Below are positions 35,452 through 45,477 of a stretch of 64,000 nt of DNA, piece after piece. Position numbers and translations under genes: made by a program. This stretch comes from a virus. Lineage: Duplodnaviria; Caudoviricetes. The notes beneath the pieces were generated by a model. That model was not told where the DNA came from and made no database searches. It was given only the letters and a program-made list of their open reading frames with translations. Every line of letters begins with the position of its first letter. Position 1 is the first letter of the stretch. The stretch is taken from positions 22,415 to 86,414 of the IMG/VR virus record IMGVR_UViG_3300037308_000440. One strand, written 5' to 3'.

Positions 35452-36678
35452 TTATGTTCCTGCTAATTTATAAGTATATATTTCTATTATCATACCAACT
35501 TCTAAATCAACATATTCTCGTTTTACTAATATTTCATTACCACCATTTTGTAATACATAATGATCACCATATTCTAGTTTTCCATATTTACTATTTACTA
35601 CTATTAAATCCTGATGAAGTATTGTTTCTGGAATTTGAATAATTAGGTCTGCTGTTGAATCAATATCACCTTGAGTAACATTATAGAAATATCTAGCATT
35701 AAATTCCAATGGAGGTTCAGTTTCTTGATTACATCCTTGTAATATAACACTTCCTGTAGCATCCATTATATGATATTTATATCTCTGTTTTAAATATGAG
35801 ATATAATCTTTATATTCCGAATAATCATACGCAGAATAAACAGACCCAGTATTTACATAAATATTAATACTTTCAGTTAAATAATCACCTTGTGTTATGA
35901 TCCAAGCAGGAACTTCTAATTCATAATTAACAGTTGCTCCAAGTCTCCAATCTGCCATTGCATCAGCACCACCATATCTATTACTTGGATCACTAAATCC
36001 TGCTAATTTATATATTGGTTTAATATTACAAGGAATTACTAATTCTTCTTTTCCTATAGTTTTTACTAAATGCTGATATGCTCCATGATTTTGCCAATCT
36101 ATAGTATAACTTTGACCAGTATAAGGATTGTTATATTGATAATTAACTACTTCTTCTGGTAGTATAATAAATGTATTAAAAAACTGAGGGTATATCCATC
36201 TATCATAACCACCAAAAATTTGTAGAAATAACATTCTTAAATCACAATATTCATAAAAACTATTTAATAGCATTAATAATTCAATATCCCCTTTTATTCT
36301 TATAAATCCAACTGTAATATTTAAATTTTCATCTTTATAAATTGGTTCAAATAAATACTTTATCATACCAGGAGCTAAATTAGGAAATCTCCAAAGTTGG
36401 TGACCTCCTGTATTTGCATCAGCTAAATCAAAATCTCCAGATGGATTTAAAATAAGTGCTGGTAACATTGGTTTGCTTACTTCGCGTCCATATTGACATT
36501 CTTTCATAATATATTCTATACCCTTATCATAAGTCCCTATTACTGTATATTCAAAACGTGGATATAGATGTTTAGACAAATAATCCATAAAATCTTTATA
36601 GAAATTTGCAAATACATTATGAACATACCAGTAAAGATCTATTTGACCTCTACCGTCTCCTTGTGGGTTTGCTCCCAT
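35452..36678 (-). CDS. putative virion structural protein (tail-completion-like; function uncertain)
   Basis: 408-aa Tyr/aromatic- and beta-rich ORF with Ig-like C-terminus. Confidence 0.35.
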   Translation of the reverse strand: MGANPQGDGRGQIDLYWYVHNVFANFYKDFMDYLSKHLYPRFEYTVIGTYDKGIEYIMKECQYGREVSKPMLPALILNPSGDFDLADANTGGHQLWRFPNLAPGMIKYLFEPIYKDENLNITVGFIRIKGDIELLMLLNSFYEYCDLRMLFLQIFGGYDRWIYPQFFNTFIILPEEVVNYQYNNPYTGQSYTIDWQNHGAYQHLVKTIGKEELVIPCNIKPIYKLAGFSDPSNRYGGADAMADWRLGATVNYELEVPAWIITQGDYLTESINIYVNTGSVYSAYDYSEYKDYISYLKQRYKYHIMDATGSVILQGCNQETEPPLEFNARYFYNVTQGDIDSTADLIIQIPETILHQDLIVVNSKYGKLEYGDHYVLQNGGNEILVKREYVDLEVGMIIEIYTYKLAGT

Positions 36679-36680
36679 TT

Positions 36681-37295
36681 TTATTCCTCGTCAATATCTT
36701 CTAATTTAATAATCTTTTCTGTAGGTGCTTTCTCTTCCATCCCCGCTTTCCCTGCTTTACTATCAAGATGAAAATGATTTAGTATATGCAAAGCAGAAGA
36801 TGTAGATATTTGAATACCGCTAGTTCTTACTATTTTTCTTCCTAGTTTTTTAACTATATTTTGTCTTTCAGTAAGAATAAAGATAAATTCATTAGTATAA
36901 GAATTTAATGTAAAACCATAAATATTCAATAAATCAAATAAAAATCTTCCTTCTTCAACCTCAATTTTTGATAATGTTATGGTCTCATTCATAATAAATG
37001 AAACCTCTTGATAATATTCTGGTTTAATACTTTTATACTGGTTTAAAATATCAAGAGTATTTTTTCTATAATTATGAAGTTGTAAGAATGTTTCACAGAA
37101 TTTAGATGATTCCAAATTCTTAAACATATTTACTTTAATGCCGTGAGTTTCATCTGACTTAATATTAGAATCTACACTAAATAATAGAAAGGTTGATTTC
37201 TTATTAAAAAATATTCCTATATCATAAAATCCATTTAGAAATGGTAATCTAATATTATAACTTCTATCGAAAGTTTTTCCCATCTTAAGAGACAT
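36681..37295 (-). CDS. hypothetical protein
   Basis: 204-aa ORF, AAGGAG RBS. Confidence 0.75.
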   Translation of the reverse strand: MSLKMGKTFDRSYNIRLPFLNGFYDIGIFFNKKSTFLLFSVDSNIKSDETHGIKVNMFKNLESSKFCETFLQLHNYRKNTLDILNQYKSIKPEYYQEVSFIMNETITLSKIEVEEGRFLFDLLNIYGFTLNSYTNEFIFILTERQNIVKKLGRKIVRTSGIQISTSSALHILNHFHLDSKAGKAGMEEKAPTEKIIKLEDIDEE

Positions 37296-37306
37296 CTAAA
37301 TTCTCC

Positions 37307-39205
37307 TTACCCAAAATTCCATTCAGTTGATACACTGTTAGATAAACTTTCTTGTTGTTTAACTTTTGCAATTATTAGTTCTTTACTCATTAATTCGCTT
37401 TCTACTGTAGAGAAAAACTCTTTATAATTCTTACCATATTTTTCAGGATCCCAAATATAAAGACCTTTTACAATATTATCCCCAAATAAATCTAGATCAA
37501 AATCTTTTATTGTAAAATCATATTTCTTAATCTGATTTTTATCTATATATTCAAAGAATTTTTCTTTAACTTCATCTGGAATTTCACTATCATAAAATTT
37601 TACAAATCTTAATAAATTGCTATCTTCTTTCTTTTTATCTGATCTTACCTTAGTTTTTCCTTTAAGTAAATAGTTTAAAATTTCATCTGAAATATTATTT
37701 TTTCTCTTGATACCTTTTAACACTTCTTCATTTTTAATATCTGCTCCAAGTTTTACATCAACTTCGAACGGGACAATCTCATTTAGAATTTGTTCTAAAG
37801 AAAACGTATTACTGGATGGTAACTTAACTCCTCCTCCATCAAATAACTTTTGATGAAGAGCTGAAATTAGAGGAGTTTTTCTTATTACATTTTCTATGAC
37901 TTCTAGAACTCCAGTTTTAATATCGTCATCATTAACTGTTACACAATTCATATCTTCCAATAATTTGAAGTAAGAATTAAAAATACCAATACTTTTGAAA
38001 TACTTATATCTTGTCATTACTATATTTTCTAATCTCTTACCATCTTTATCATCCATAAAACTAAAAATTAATGGGTCTACAAAACATCTAAATTGAAAAT
38101 AAAATAGTGCTTTATTTAAAGTAGCATCTGAACTTTTTCCTTCCAATCTTCTTCTTATAGATCTAACAAATAAATGTAGAACTAATAAATCTGTTGCCAC
38201 TTCATTATTCTTTTCAACTACTACAGATGGTTTATATTTAAATATAGGAACCCTATCTGGTAATACTCCACCATTAGTCAGATAAGATTTATAAGAAGTT
38301 AAAAACAACATTTTACTAATATATAAAAGTGATTTCTTGTCGTCTTCACTTAATCCAGGGAGTGGTGTAAATTCTTCATTATCTTTACTTTTAATAAACT
38401 GACTAAATGATTCAATAGGATTTTGTGCAGTTGTACAATTAATTAAAATATTTTCTAGATTCTTAAGATCATTTTCAATTACTTTTTCAACAAAGAAACT
38501 CTCTACTTTTTGTACATTTTCTTTAACTTCAACTTCAATCTCAGGAACCTTAATATTTTGCATCTCATTACCCAAGAATCTATCTAGTTGTTCTATTGTC
38601 TGCTCCGCTGCCTGAACTTGTTCGTTCCCGGGTTCTGGTGCGCGGGATTCTTGGATTCTTTCCTCTGTTACTATATTAGAACTAATTCCCCTTAGCAATC
38701 CAGGCATCTGTTCAATAGATTTGTAAATAGTTGAATCAATTGTTTTAGTTAATAAAATCATACATGTATCAATATATTTTTCTGAAAATTGTCTTAAACA
38801 AGTCATGAAAGCTTCAAATTGAATTAAGAGAGGCATAATTACTTTAGTAAAATCTGTTTCATTATTTCTAATCTCAACTAAAACTAATCTTTCATTTGTA
38901 TTTTTATCTACAAAGAATTTTAAATAAAAGATATCTTTTTTATATTTTCTTTGTATTTCAATTACTTCTCCGTTTAATGTCATAGTTTTGAATGTTTTGA
39001 TAAGATCATTACACTCTGATAAGTGAAATGTTAAACTCTTTTGATAGTTGTTGTTAATTGAAAGTAATAATGATGGGGAATTGAATGAGGTGTAGTCTTC
39101 TGTGTTAGTTGAAATTGATAGTCTTAAATATCCTTCTGTTCCATAATGTTTGTCTTTGTATGTAAAGACAGACTGATTAAACCACTTTGTTTTTTCACTG
39201 ATCAT
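37307..39205 (-). CDS. large hypothetical protein
   Basis: 632-aa ORF, no recognisable catalytic motif. Confidence 0.85.
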   Translation of the reverse strand: MISEKTKWFNQSVFTYKDKHYGTEGYLRLSISTNTEDYTSFNSPSLLLSINNNYQKSLTFHLSECNDLIKTFKTMTLNGEVIEIQRKYKKDIFYLKFFVDKNTNERLVLVEIRNNETDFTKVIMPLLIQFEAFMTCLRQFSEKYIDTCMILLTKTIDSTIYKSIEQMPGLLRGISSNIVTEERIQESRAPEPGNEQVQAAEQTIEQLDRFLGNEMQNIKVPEIEVEVKENVQKVESFFVEKVIENDLKNLENILINCTTAQNPIESFSQFIKSKDNEEFTPLPGLSEDDKKSLLYISKMLFLTSYKSYLTNGGVLPDRVPIFKYKPSVVVEKNNEVATDLLVLHLFVRSIRRRLEGKSSDATLNKALFYFQFRCFVDPLIFSFMDDKDGKRLENIVMTRYKYFKSIGIFNSYFKLLEDMNCVTVNDDDIKTGVLEVIENVIRKTPLISALHQKLFDGGGVKLPSSNTFSLEQILNEIVPFEVDVKLGADIKNEEVLKGIKRKNNISDEILNYLLKGKTKVRSDKKKEDSNLLRFVKFYDSEIPDEVKEKFFEYIDKNQIKKYDFTIKDFDLDLFGDNIVKGLYIWDPEKYGKNYKEFFSTVESELMSKELIIAKVKQQESLSNSVSTEWNFG

Positions 39206-39301
39206 TTTGACTTCCTTTCTGATTAGCTCTATTTTGATTATGTTCTAAAAGTTGAAATTTATTTCTAGTTAAACCCCTGTTCTGATTTTTATTCTAGCAC
39301 A

Positions 39302-39330
39302 TTTTTCAACCCCCCCAGGTGGTTGAAAAA
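39302..39330. other. intergenic hairpin
   Basis: TTTTTCAACC/GGTTGAAAAA 10-bp stem. Confidence 0.6.
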
Positions 39331-39422
39331 TAAGTGCTCTCATTTCTTTTACTTTTTCCTTTTTTAATTATTTTATTATCTCTATTTTTCAAATTTGGAA
39401 TTCATTCCTATAATATATGAAT

Positions 39423-39551
39423 ATATATTAGCAGGGCCAAAACCTATGAAGATTTAAAAACCTATGAAGATTTATATTTTTTGTTTCTTCCTATATTATA
39501 TATTAGCATGGGCGATTCCTATGAAGATCTATGAAAACCTATGAAGATCTA
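39423..39551 (+). repeat. iteron-like direct repeats (4x CCTATGAAGAT[TC]TA) in two 75-bp-spaced units
   Basis: Copies at 39443, 39461, 39518, 39538; ATATATTAGCA at 39423 and 39498. Confidence 0.85.
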
Positions 39552-40036
39552 TCTTTCAAATAAATTATTTTCTTTTGTTTTTTAAGAAGTTTTATATTAT
39601 TCATTTTTTCAATATGAGATTTCTTTTCTTCTTCAGATTTAAATCTTGGATTATGCCCATTTACATATTTTTTATCTAACCCAATTTCTTTCCCACATCC
39701 ACATAAGCAATAGTTTTTAGGTGGGGCTAACTCAGGATATGCATTTTGACGAAACTCTCTCAATAGATCTTGAAATCTTTGTTTTGCATGCTTTATGTGA
39801 GCTAATCGTTGAGTGTATAACTTCCAAATAAATTTCTTTGTGTATCTTTCTCCATCTAAAGTAAATTCTTTAGACTTTTCATTCGCAACATGTATAGCTA
39901 AAGCTAAATCCATTTTCTTTGTAGTAGATAAATAATAAACTAAATTAAGAATCTTTCTAACATTATCAGTATATTGAAATTCTTTATCTAATAAATACCA
40001 ATTAATAAAGATAGTTTCCCTGTCAGTTAGAATCAT
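39539..40036 (-). CDS. hypothetical DNA-binding protein with CxCGCG..GHN module
   Basis: NYCLCGCGKEIG..YVNGHNPR, shared with 45816. Confidence 0.65.
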   Translation of the reverse strand: MILTDRETIFINWYLLDKEFQYTDNVRKILNLVYYLSTTKKMDLALAIHVANEKSKEFTLDGERYTKKFIWKLYTQRLAHIKHAKQRFQDLLREFRQNAYPELAPPKNYCLCGCGKEIGLDKKYVNGHNPRFKSEEEKKSHIEKMNNIKLLKKQKKIIYLKDRSS

Positions 40037-40374
40037 TCCTTATACCCTTCTATGTATTTGGTTAACTCTATAATCATGTTCTGAAAAAATTTTTTAGGAT
40101 CCTTAATTGATTTCTTTGGTATTTGACTAACTATAATTGTTTTCATAGTAACAAGATATTTTTCAAGCTCGATATTTTGTGATGTACCATCTGGAGCTTT
40201 AACTGTTACTGGTTTCATAGGGCAAATTTCACCAGGTCTAACTGGTGGATGATACATACCACATTGAGGGCATTGTCCTGTTGATGGTGTTAACCCTCCT
40301 GGTGGGGGCGGACCTCCTGGATTCATTTGCATAGTTCTCGCTAATTGTTGTGCCCTAAGTTCATCTGCGTTCAT
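40033..40374 (-). CDS. hypothetical protein with Zn knuckle
   Basis: CPQCGMYHPP..CP; motif A at 40401-40415 upstream. Confidence 0.75.
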   Translation of the reverse strand: MNADELRAQQLARTMQMNPGGPPPPGGLTPSTGQCPQCGMYHPPVRPGEICPMKPVTVKAPDGTSQNIELEKYLVTMKTIIVSQIPKKSIKDPKKFFQNMIIELTKYIEGYKE

Positions 40375-40435
40375 ATTTAAACACTCCTTTTTGAAAATTT
40401 TTATTTTGTTCTAAATGATAAATGTAACATCTCGT

Positions 40436-40461
40436 TTCTATATATATTAATATCTGATAGA
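40436..40461 (+). promoter_or_regulatory. 26-bp motif B
   Basis: Identical to 14608-14633. Confidence 0.6.
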
Positions 40462-40500
40462 GTTAATGTAGTTAAACCACTTATTTTAAGGAGGGATAAT

Positions 40501-41325
40501 ATGAAAAAGCATTTGTATTCAATTATTGGTGCAGTTATACTAACGATTTGTGTTTCTGTTTTTCTATTCCCGAACATTTTTAAGGTTGTTGATAATAAAC
40601 AAGTGGGAGTAGTTCCTGTTGCTAAAGAAGAGTTGGAAAAGGCAGTTGCGGCGGTTCAGGAACATGTTCCGAAAGTAATTACTATTGAACCTGAACCTGA
40701 GAAAGAATCTGTTCAGTTGCTTACAGATCCCGAGGTTATAAAACTAGCGGATTGTATAATAAAGTTGCAACCGCGAACGACTCCGTTTGTAGCAAAGTTC
40801 ATGGCCATACATATCATTAAGGAGTCGGGAAAGAAAAAGCTTGATCCTGATCTGGTTGCAGCACAGATTTGGGTTGAGTCGGAGTTTAACCCTAATGCAA
40901 CTTCCACCAAAGGTGCAAGAGGGTTGATGCAAGTTCGTTATGAAGTTTGGAAGAATACTCCACAACTTCAATCGAACGGTGTTGATGCCAAGCATAAAAT
41001 TTACTGGATTGATGCCAACATTCAATCCGGTACCGACATTTTTGCCTCGTTTATTAAAGAGGCAGCAGGGAATATCCCTGTTGCCCTTAACCGTTATTGG
41101 ACTGGCAACCCAAAAATGGACGGGCCTCCCTGGAGGAACGAGTATGTTTCAAAAATCTTGTATTTCTATTTCAAGATCCGTGAACATAAACTTCACGGAG
41201 TACCTCTTGAAGTAGAGGAGATTGAAGCTGCTCAAATTCCTATTGAAACTTCAATTTCTTCAAGTGTAAAATCTCTTTCTGTTGGGTCAGGATATTCAAA
41301 ATCAACAGGAGGAGAAAGGAAATAA
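40501..41325 (+). CDS. lytic transglycosylase (SLT) with N-terminal TM anchor
   Basis: AQIWVESEFNPNATSTKGARGLMQV; ALNRY..YVSKI. Confidence 0.92.
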   Translation: MKKHLYSIIGAVILTICVSVFLFPNIFKVVDNKQVGVVPVAKEELEKAVAAVQEHVPKVITIEPEPEKESVQLLTDPEVIKLADCIIKLQPRTTPFVAKFMAIHIIKESGKKKLDPDLVAAQIWVESEFNPNATSTKGARGLMQVRYEVWKNTPQLQSNGVDAKHKIYWIDANIQSGTDIFASFIKEAAGNIPVALNRYWTGNPKMDGPPWRNEYVSKILYFYFKIREHKLHGVPLEVEEIEAAQIPIETSISSSVKSLSVGSGYSKSTGGERK

Positions 41326-41370
41326 AAATCAAGGGGTTGCAGTCTCCATGATGCAATCCCTTTGATTTTT
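41324..41370 (+). terminator. Rho-independent terminator
   Basis: AAGGGGTTGCA/TGCAATCCCTT stem plus T-run. Confidence 0.75.
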
Positions 41371-41410
41371 TAGAACAAAAACCCAATTTCCCAAGTTAGG
41401 AGGTATTAAA

Positions 41411-42124
41411 ATGACTAAAGCTAAATTATTTTTATTTTTAACTTTAGCCCTACTTTTAAGCGCCTGCACTGTAAAGAACCACCCAATAGTTATTATGAAT
41501 AACCAAAAAATTTATGACTATGAAATGATAGCAGTTGCCCCTATAAAGTTTGAACCAATAGAAAAATTAGAATATATTGATGAAGATCCTTCTTTTGTAA
41601 AAGAGGAATATGAAGAATGGTATGTTGAAACTAGGCATTTAGAAAATTATGAATCTGAGTCTTGTGATTTAATAATCCAAGCGCAAATTAAAAATGCGAT
41701 TAAAGAATATATTTTAACTCATTACCCAAACAGATGTGAAATTAAATCATCTGAAATAGCACATCATATAGTGGAGATTTGTGAAAAATATGAAGATATT
41801 AATGTAGATATTATAGTTGCAATTATGGAAGTTGAAAGTCAATTCAATCCTGCTGCGATAAATAAAAGAAGTAAAGCTATGGGATTGATGCAAGTAATGC
41901 CATTTTGGGCAAAAGACTTTAATATGAAAAGTAAAAACGAATTGATGAAAATAGATAAGAATATTGAGGCTGGGGTTAAAGTATATCAAATATTTTTAGA
42001 AGAACAAAATGGAAATGTGAAAAAAGCATTATATCGTTATGTTGGTGGGTCTAGAAGTTATTCTAAAGATGTTTTACAAATAGCTAAAAGGGTATCTACT
42101 TTTATAAAACGATACACTGGATAG
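41411..42124 (+). CDS. lytic transglycosylase (SLT) lipoprotein
   Basis: Lipobox LLLSAC; AIMEVESQFNP..GLMQV; ALYRYVG. Confidence 0.92.
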   Translation: MTKAKLFLFLTLALLLSACTVKNHPIVIMNNQKIYDYEMIAVAPIKFEPIEKLEYIDEDPSFVKEEYEEWYVETRHLENYESESCDLIIQAQIKNAIKEYILTHYPNRCEIKSSEIAHHIVEICEKYEDINVDIIVAIMEVESQFNPAAINKRSKAMGLMQVMPFWAKDFNMKSKNELMKIDKNIEAGVKVYQIFLEEQNGNVKKALYRYVGGSRSYSKDVLQIAKRVSTFIKRYTG

Positions 42125-42133
42125 GAGATCTAT

Positions 42134-43345
42134 TTGCAACTAAGTGAAGAACAGAATATTGTAGTTGATGCGATCTTAGGAAACTTTCAAGGAACTTATT
42201 ATAATGATCCATGTACAACTATTGGTGGTTATGCAGGCACAGGAAAAACCACTTTATTATGTGAATTAAGAAATCAAATTCATAAAATAAATCCAAGAAT
42301 AGGTGTTGCGTTTATAACATTTACAGGAAAGGCATCATCCGTCCTTAATGAGAAGCTAACTTCTGGAAAATACTTATATCCTGGAGATTTTATTGGAACG
42401 ATTCATAAACTTTTATATTTTCCTGTAACTAGATTTGATGTAAGATTAAATAGACAAATTATTGTTGAATGGAGAAAAAAAGATCCATCTGAAATTGGTT
42501 ATGATATTCTTATTATTGATGAAGCATCAATGGTAGGAGAAAATATTTGGAATGATTTAGTCTCATTAGGAATCCCAATTATAGCTATAGGAGATCATGG
42601 TCAGCTCCCTCCCGTCGGCAGTGATTTTAATTTACTAAAAAACCCAAACTTTAAATTAACAGAAATACACAGACAAGCTTTAACCTCCCCAATAATACAG
42701 TTATCAATTTTAGCTCGACAACAAGGGCATATCCCTATAAATAAATTCTTCTCAAAAGATGTTTTTAAGTTAACATGGAGAGATCCTTTATGTAGAAAAA
42801 TTTGGGAAGAACGTGTAGTTTTTGATCATGATCTTGCAGTTTTGTGTGCATTTAATAAAACTAGATGCAAACTTAATGATATGATTAGAGATAAGTTAGG
42901 ATATTTACATAAGACTCCATACCCTGGTGAACATATAGTTTGTTTAAAAAATAATCATGATATTAAAATAATGAACGGTCAAATATTCAAAGTTCTTTGG
43001 GTCATGCCCGAAGATTATGGATTGAGTAGATTTACAGTTGAATATTCTGATGAAATATATGAATGCTTATCTTCTTTATCTTGTTTTGGAAAAGAAGAAT
43101 ATGAAGCTTATAATTATGATAAGTCATTAAAGAAATTTGCTTTAGAAAGAGGATTTAATTCAATAGATTATTTTGATTATGGATATGCTATGAGTGTTCA
43201 TAAATCCCAAGGATCAGAATGGGAACGAGTAATTGTATTTGAGCAAAGAACTAAAAGATGGGATGATACTTATTATGCAAGATGGTTATATACAGCAATT
43301 ACTAGAGCCAAAACAAAACTTTTCATAATTACAGACTTTTACTAA
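42134..43345 (+). CDS. dda: SF1B helicase (T4 Dda/RecD2-like)
   Basis: GYAGTGKTT, IIDEASMV, GDHGQLPPV, SVHKSQGSEW, YTAITRAK. Confidence 0.9.
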   Translation: MQLSEEQNIVVDAILGNFQGTYYNDPCTTIGGYAGTGKTTLLCELRNQIHKINPRIGVAFITFTGKASSVLNEKLTSGKYLYPGDFIGTIHKLLYFPVTRFDVRLNRQIIVEWRKKDPSEIGYDILIIDEASMVGENIWNDLVSLGIPIIAIGDHGQLPPVGSDFNLLKNPNFKLTEIHRQALTSPIIQLSILARQQGHIPINKFFSKDVFKLTWRDPLCRKIWEERVVFDHDLAVLCAFNKTRCKLNDMIRDKLGYLHKTPYPGEHIVCLKNNHDIKIMNGQIFKVLWVMPEDYGLSRFTVEYSDEIYECLSSLSCFGKEEYEAYNYDKSLKKFALERGFNSIDYFDYGYAMSVHKSQGSEWERVIVFEQRTKRWDDTYYARWLYTAITRAKTKLFIITDFY

Positions 43346-43356
43346 GGAGGAAATAC

Positions 43357-43647
43357 GTGAGAAAGAAAATGAACATTACCGAGCAGCTTCAGATTATGAA
43401 ACAACCTGTTCTAATACAATGTGGTGGAGAAAAAATGTGCTCGAAGGTAGATTTGGAAACTCCATTCACTGCTTCTATTGTAGAAGGTGGAGGAGAATTT
43501 CTTCCGCATTATTGTAAAGTATATGCATTTCCTACTGCAAAATGGAGAAATGGAAATTGCAACATGGCGGATCATCTTGAGATCGAAACTAAGAAAGACA
43601 CCAAAAAGGTCAATCCGCTTAAAGCATCAAAACGTGGTGGAAAATAA
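43357..43647 (+). CDS. hypothetical protein
   Basis: AAGGAGG RBS; KKVNPLKASKR tail. Confidence 0.75.
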   Translation: MRKKMNITEQLQIMKQPVLIQCGGEKMCSKVDLETPFTASIVEGGGEFLPHYCKVYAFPTAKWRNGNCNMADHLEIETKKDTKKVNPLKASKRGGK

Positions 43648-43653
43648 GATCTG

Positions 43654-43690
43654 TGAGAGTGCGAATCTGTTACTAGGTTCGCGCTCTCAT
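43654..43690 (+). terminator. hairpin/terminator
   Basis: TGAGAGTGCGAA/TTCGCGCTCTCA stem. Confidence 0.6.
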
Positions 43691-43750
43691 ATATTAAGAA
43701 AATAAATAATTTTTTTGGAACATATTACTAAATAAATTATTGGAGGTTAA

Positions 43751-44131
43751 ATGGAGAATTCTATAAAAATAGTTAAAGATATTCTAGAAAAAAATAATAT
43801 TGAAATATATAAAGAAGGATTAACTGGAGAAGAATATAATATAGTATGTGGAGAAATAATTTTATTTGTTAAAGAAGGTGAAGTATCTATTGCATTTCAA
43901 GCTACAACAAAACCTGAAGATGCTGCAAGTTATACTTTATTAATGATTGAAACAAAACTAAAAGTAGTGGTTATGGAATCATTTATATTAGATTCAAATT
44001 ACAATATGGTAACAGGGGATAATGCCCATGAGTTGATTAAATCAAAAGAATACGAAATGATGATGAAAGAAGTTCTTAAAGATAAAGTATTGACTGAAAT
44101 GCTTTTAAACACGAATTGTTATAATTGTTAG
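43751..44131 (+). CDS. hypothetical protein
   Basis: GGAGG RBS, 126 aa. Confidence 0.75.
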   Translation: MENSIKIVKDILEKNNIEIYKEGLTGEEYNIVCGEIILFVKEGEVSIAFQATTKPEDAASYTLLMIETKLKVVVMESFILDSNYNMVTGDNAHELIKSKEYEMMMKEVLKDKVLTEMLLNTNCYNC

Positions 44132-44144
44132 TGGAGGTTTGTGA

Positions 44145-45131
44145 ATGAGTGAAGTTTTAGATAGTATGTGGGTTGAAAAATATAGACCAAAAACCCTAAA
44201 AGATTTGGTTTTACCAGAAAAATATTTAGTTGATTTTCAAAGAATAATTGATAGAAATGCTCTTCCTAATTTACTATTCTCTGGTCCTCCTGGTGGTGGT
44301 AAGACTACTCTTGCTAGATTGTTGTGTTCTAAAAATGGAGTTTTATCAAACGCTAAAGATAATCTTTTAATGGCGAATGGTTCAGCAAAATCTACAAGAA
44401 GTATTAATTTTGTTGATACTGTCATTGAACCATTTTTAAAGTATCCACCAATGAAAGATAAATACAAGGTAGTGTTTATAGATGAGGCAGATAAATTAAC
44501 AAATGATGCATATGATTCTTTTAGAGGAATCATTGAAAGATATCAAGTAGATTATGGTAGATTCATTTGGACTTGTAACTATATTTCAAAAATTCCTGAT
44601 CCCCTTCAAAGCAGATTTACTCCTTATGTGTTTCAGAGAATTCCAAAAGAATATACTCTAGATTATTGTAAAAGAATTTTAGATTCTGAAAGTATTATTT
44701 ATACAGAAAAAGAAGTAAACTTTATTATCAATGGTTTTTATCCTGATATTAGAAAAATTGTAAATGCATTACAGAAATGTTCTTGGAATGGAAAATTAGA
44801 AGTAAGTGAAGAGATTGTAATAACTACCGAGAAGATGCTTCTTTCAAATGTAATTGAGATTGTTAGTATTTTAGAAAAGGGAGAAACATCTGGTTTAGGA
44901 AATGTAGTCAACAAAATTATTGAAATTCTATCCAAAGAGGATTTGGAGTATAACAATGTCTATAGTGAATTATTTTACATGTCAAAAGTTCCTGCCCCTG
45001 CAAAAATAGTTGTTAATAAATATGCAAACAGTCATCAGAATTGTTTGGTTCCTCATATGCATTTTATGGCAATGGTTTTTGATATTATTAAAGTATTACA
45101 AGATTACAGAAAGGCAGTTATGGGAAAATAG
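44145..45131 (+). CDS. clamp loader AAA+ subunit (T4 gp44/RFC-small-like)
   Basis: WVEKYRPKTL, SGPPGGGKTT, VFIDEAD, LQSRF, YPDIR. Confidence 0.93.
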   Translation: MSEVLDSMWVEKYRPKTLKDLVLPEKYLVDFQRIIDRNALPNLLFSGPPGGGKTTLARLLCSKNGVLSNAKDNLLMANGSAKSTRSINFVDTVIEPFLKYPPMKDKYKVVFIDEADKLTNDAYDSFRGIIERYQVDYGRFIWTCNYISKIPDPLQSRFTPYVFQRIPKEYTLDYCKRILDSESIIYTEKEVNFIINGFYPDIRKIVNALQKCSWNGKLEVSEEIVITTEKMLLSNVIEIVSILEKGETSGLGNVVNKIIEILSKEDLEYNNVYSELFYMSKVPAPAKIVVNKYANSHQNCLVPHMHFMAMVFDIIKVLQDYRKAVMGK

Positions 45132-45132
45132 T

Positions 45133-45474
45133 ATGGATCGGGATCCTTATGTTGATGGGCAAAGATTAATTTTTAGAGATAAAATTCATACTATATTGAC
45201 AAATTTTGCATTTTATTTTCCTGAAGAATTTGAAAAGACAAGTATTAAAGTATGTGAAAAGTGTGATGGTAGCGGACTTCCATGTAAAAAACCTGCTGAA
45301 AGAGGAGCAATAACATTTTGGCAGCCAGGAACTATATGTGATAAATGTGGTGGGTTTGGGTATAAATTTTCAGAAATAAATGGACAATATATATGTAAGA
45401 AATGTAATGGTGTTGGATGTTCTAAATGCAACTATGGTTTTACTGACTGGATATCTCATGCAATGGGAAGGTGA
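45133..45474 (+). CDS. DnaJ-type zinc-finger (CxxCxGxG) protein
   Basis: CEKCDGSG, CDKCGGFG, CKKCNGVG, CSKCNYG. Confidence 0.75.
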   Translation: MDRDPYVDGQRLIFRDKIHTILTNFAFYFPEEFEKTSIKVCEKCDGSGLPCKKPAERGAITFWQPGTICDKCGGFGYKFSEINGQYICKKCNGVGCSKCNYGFTDWISHAMGR

Positions 45475-45477
45475 AAT

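Noticed and set aside
40713-41215. ORFs 40713..40910(-), 40744..41025(-), 40940..41215(+)
   Set aside because: Overlap the SLT gene, with no RBS or motifs
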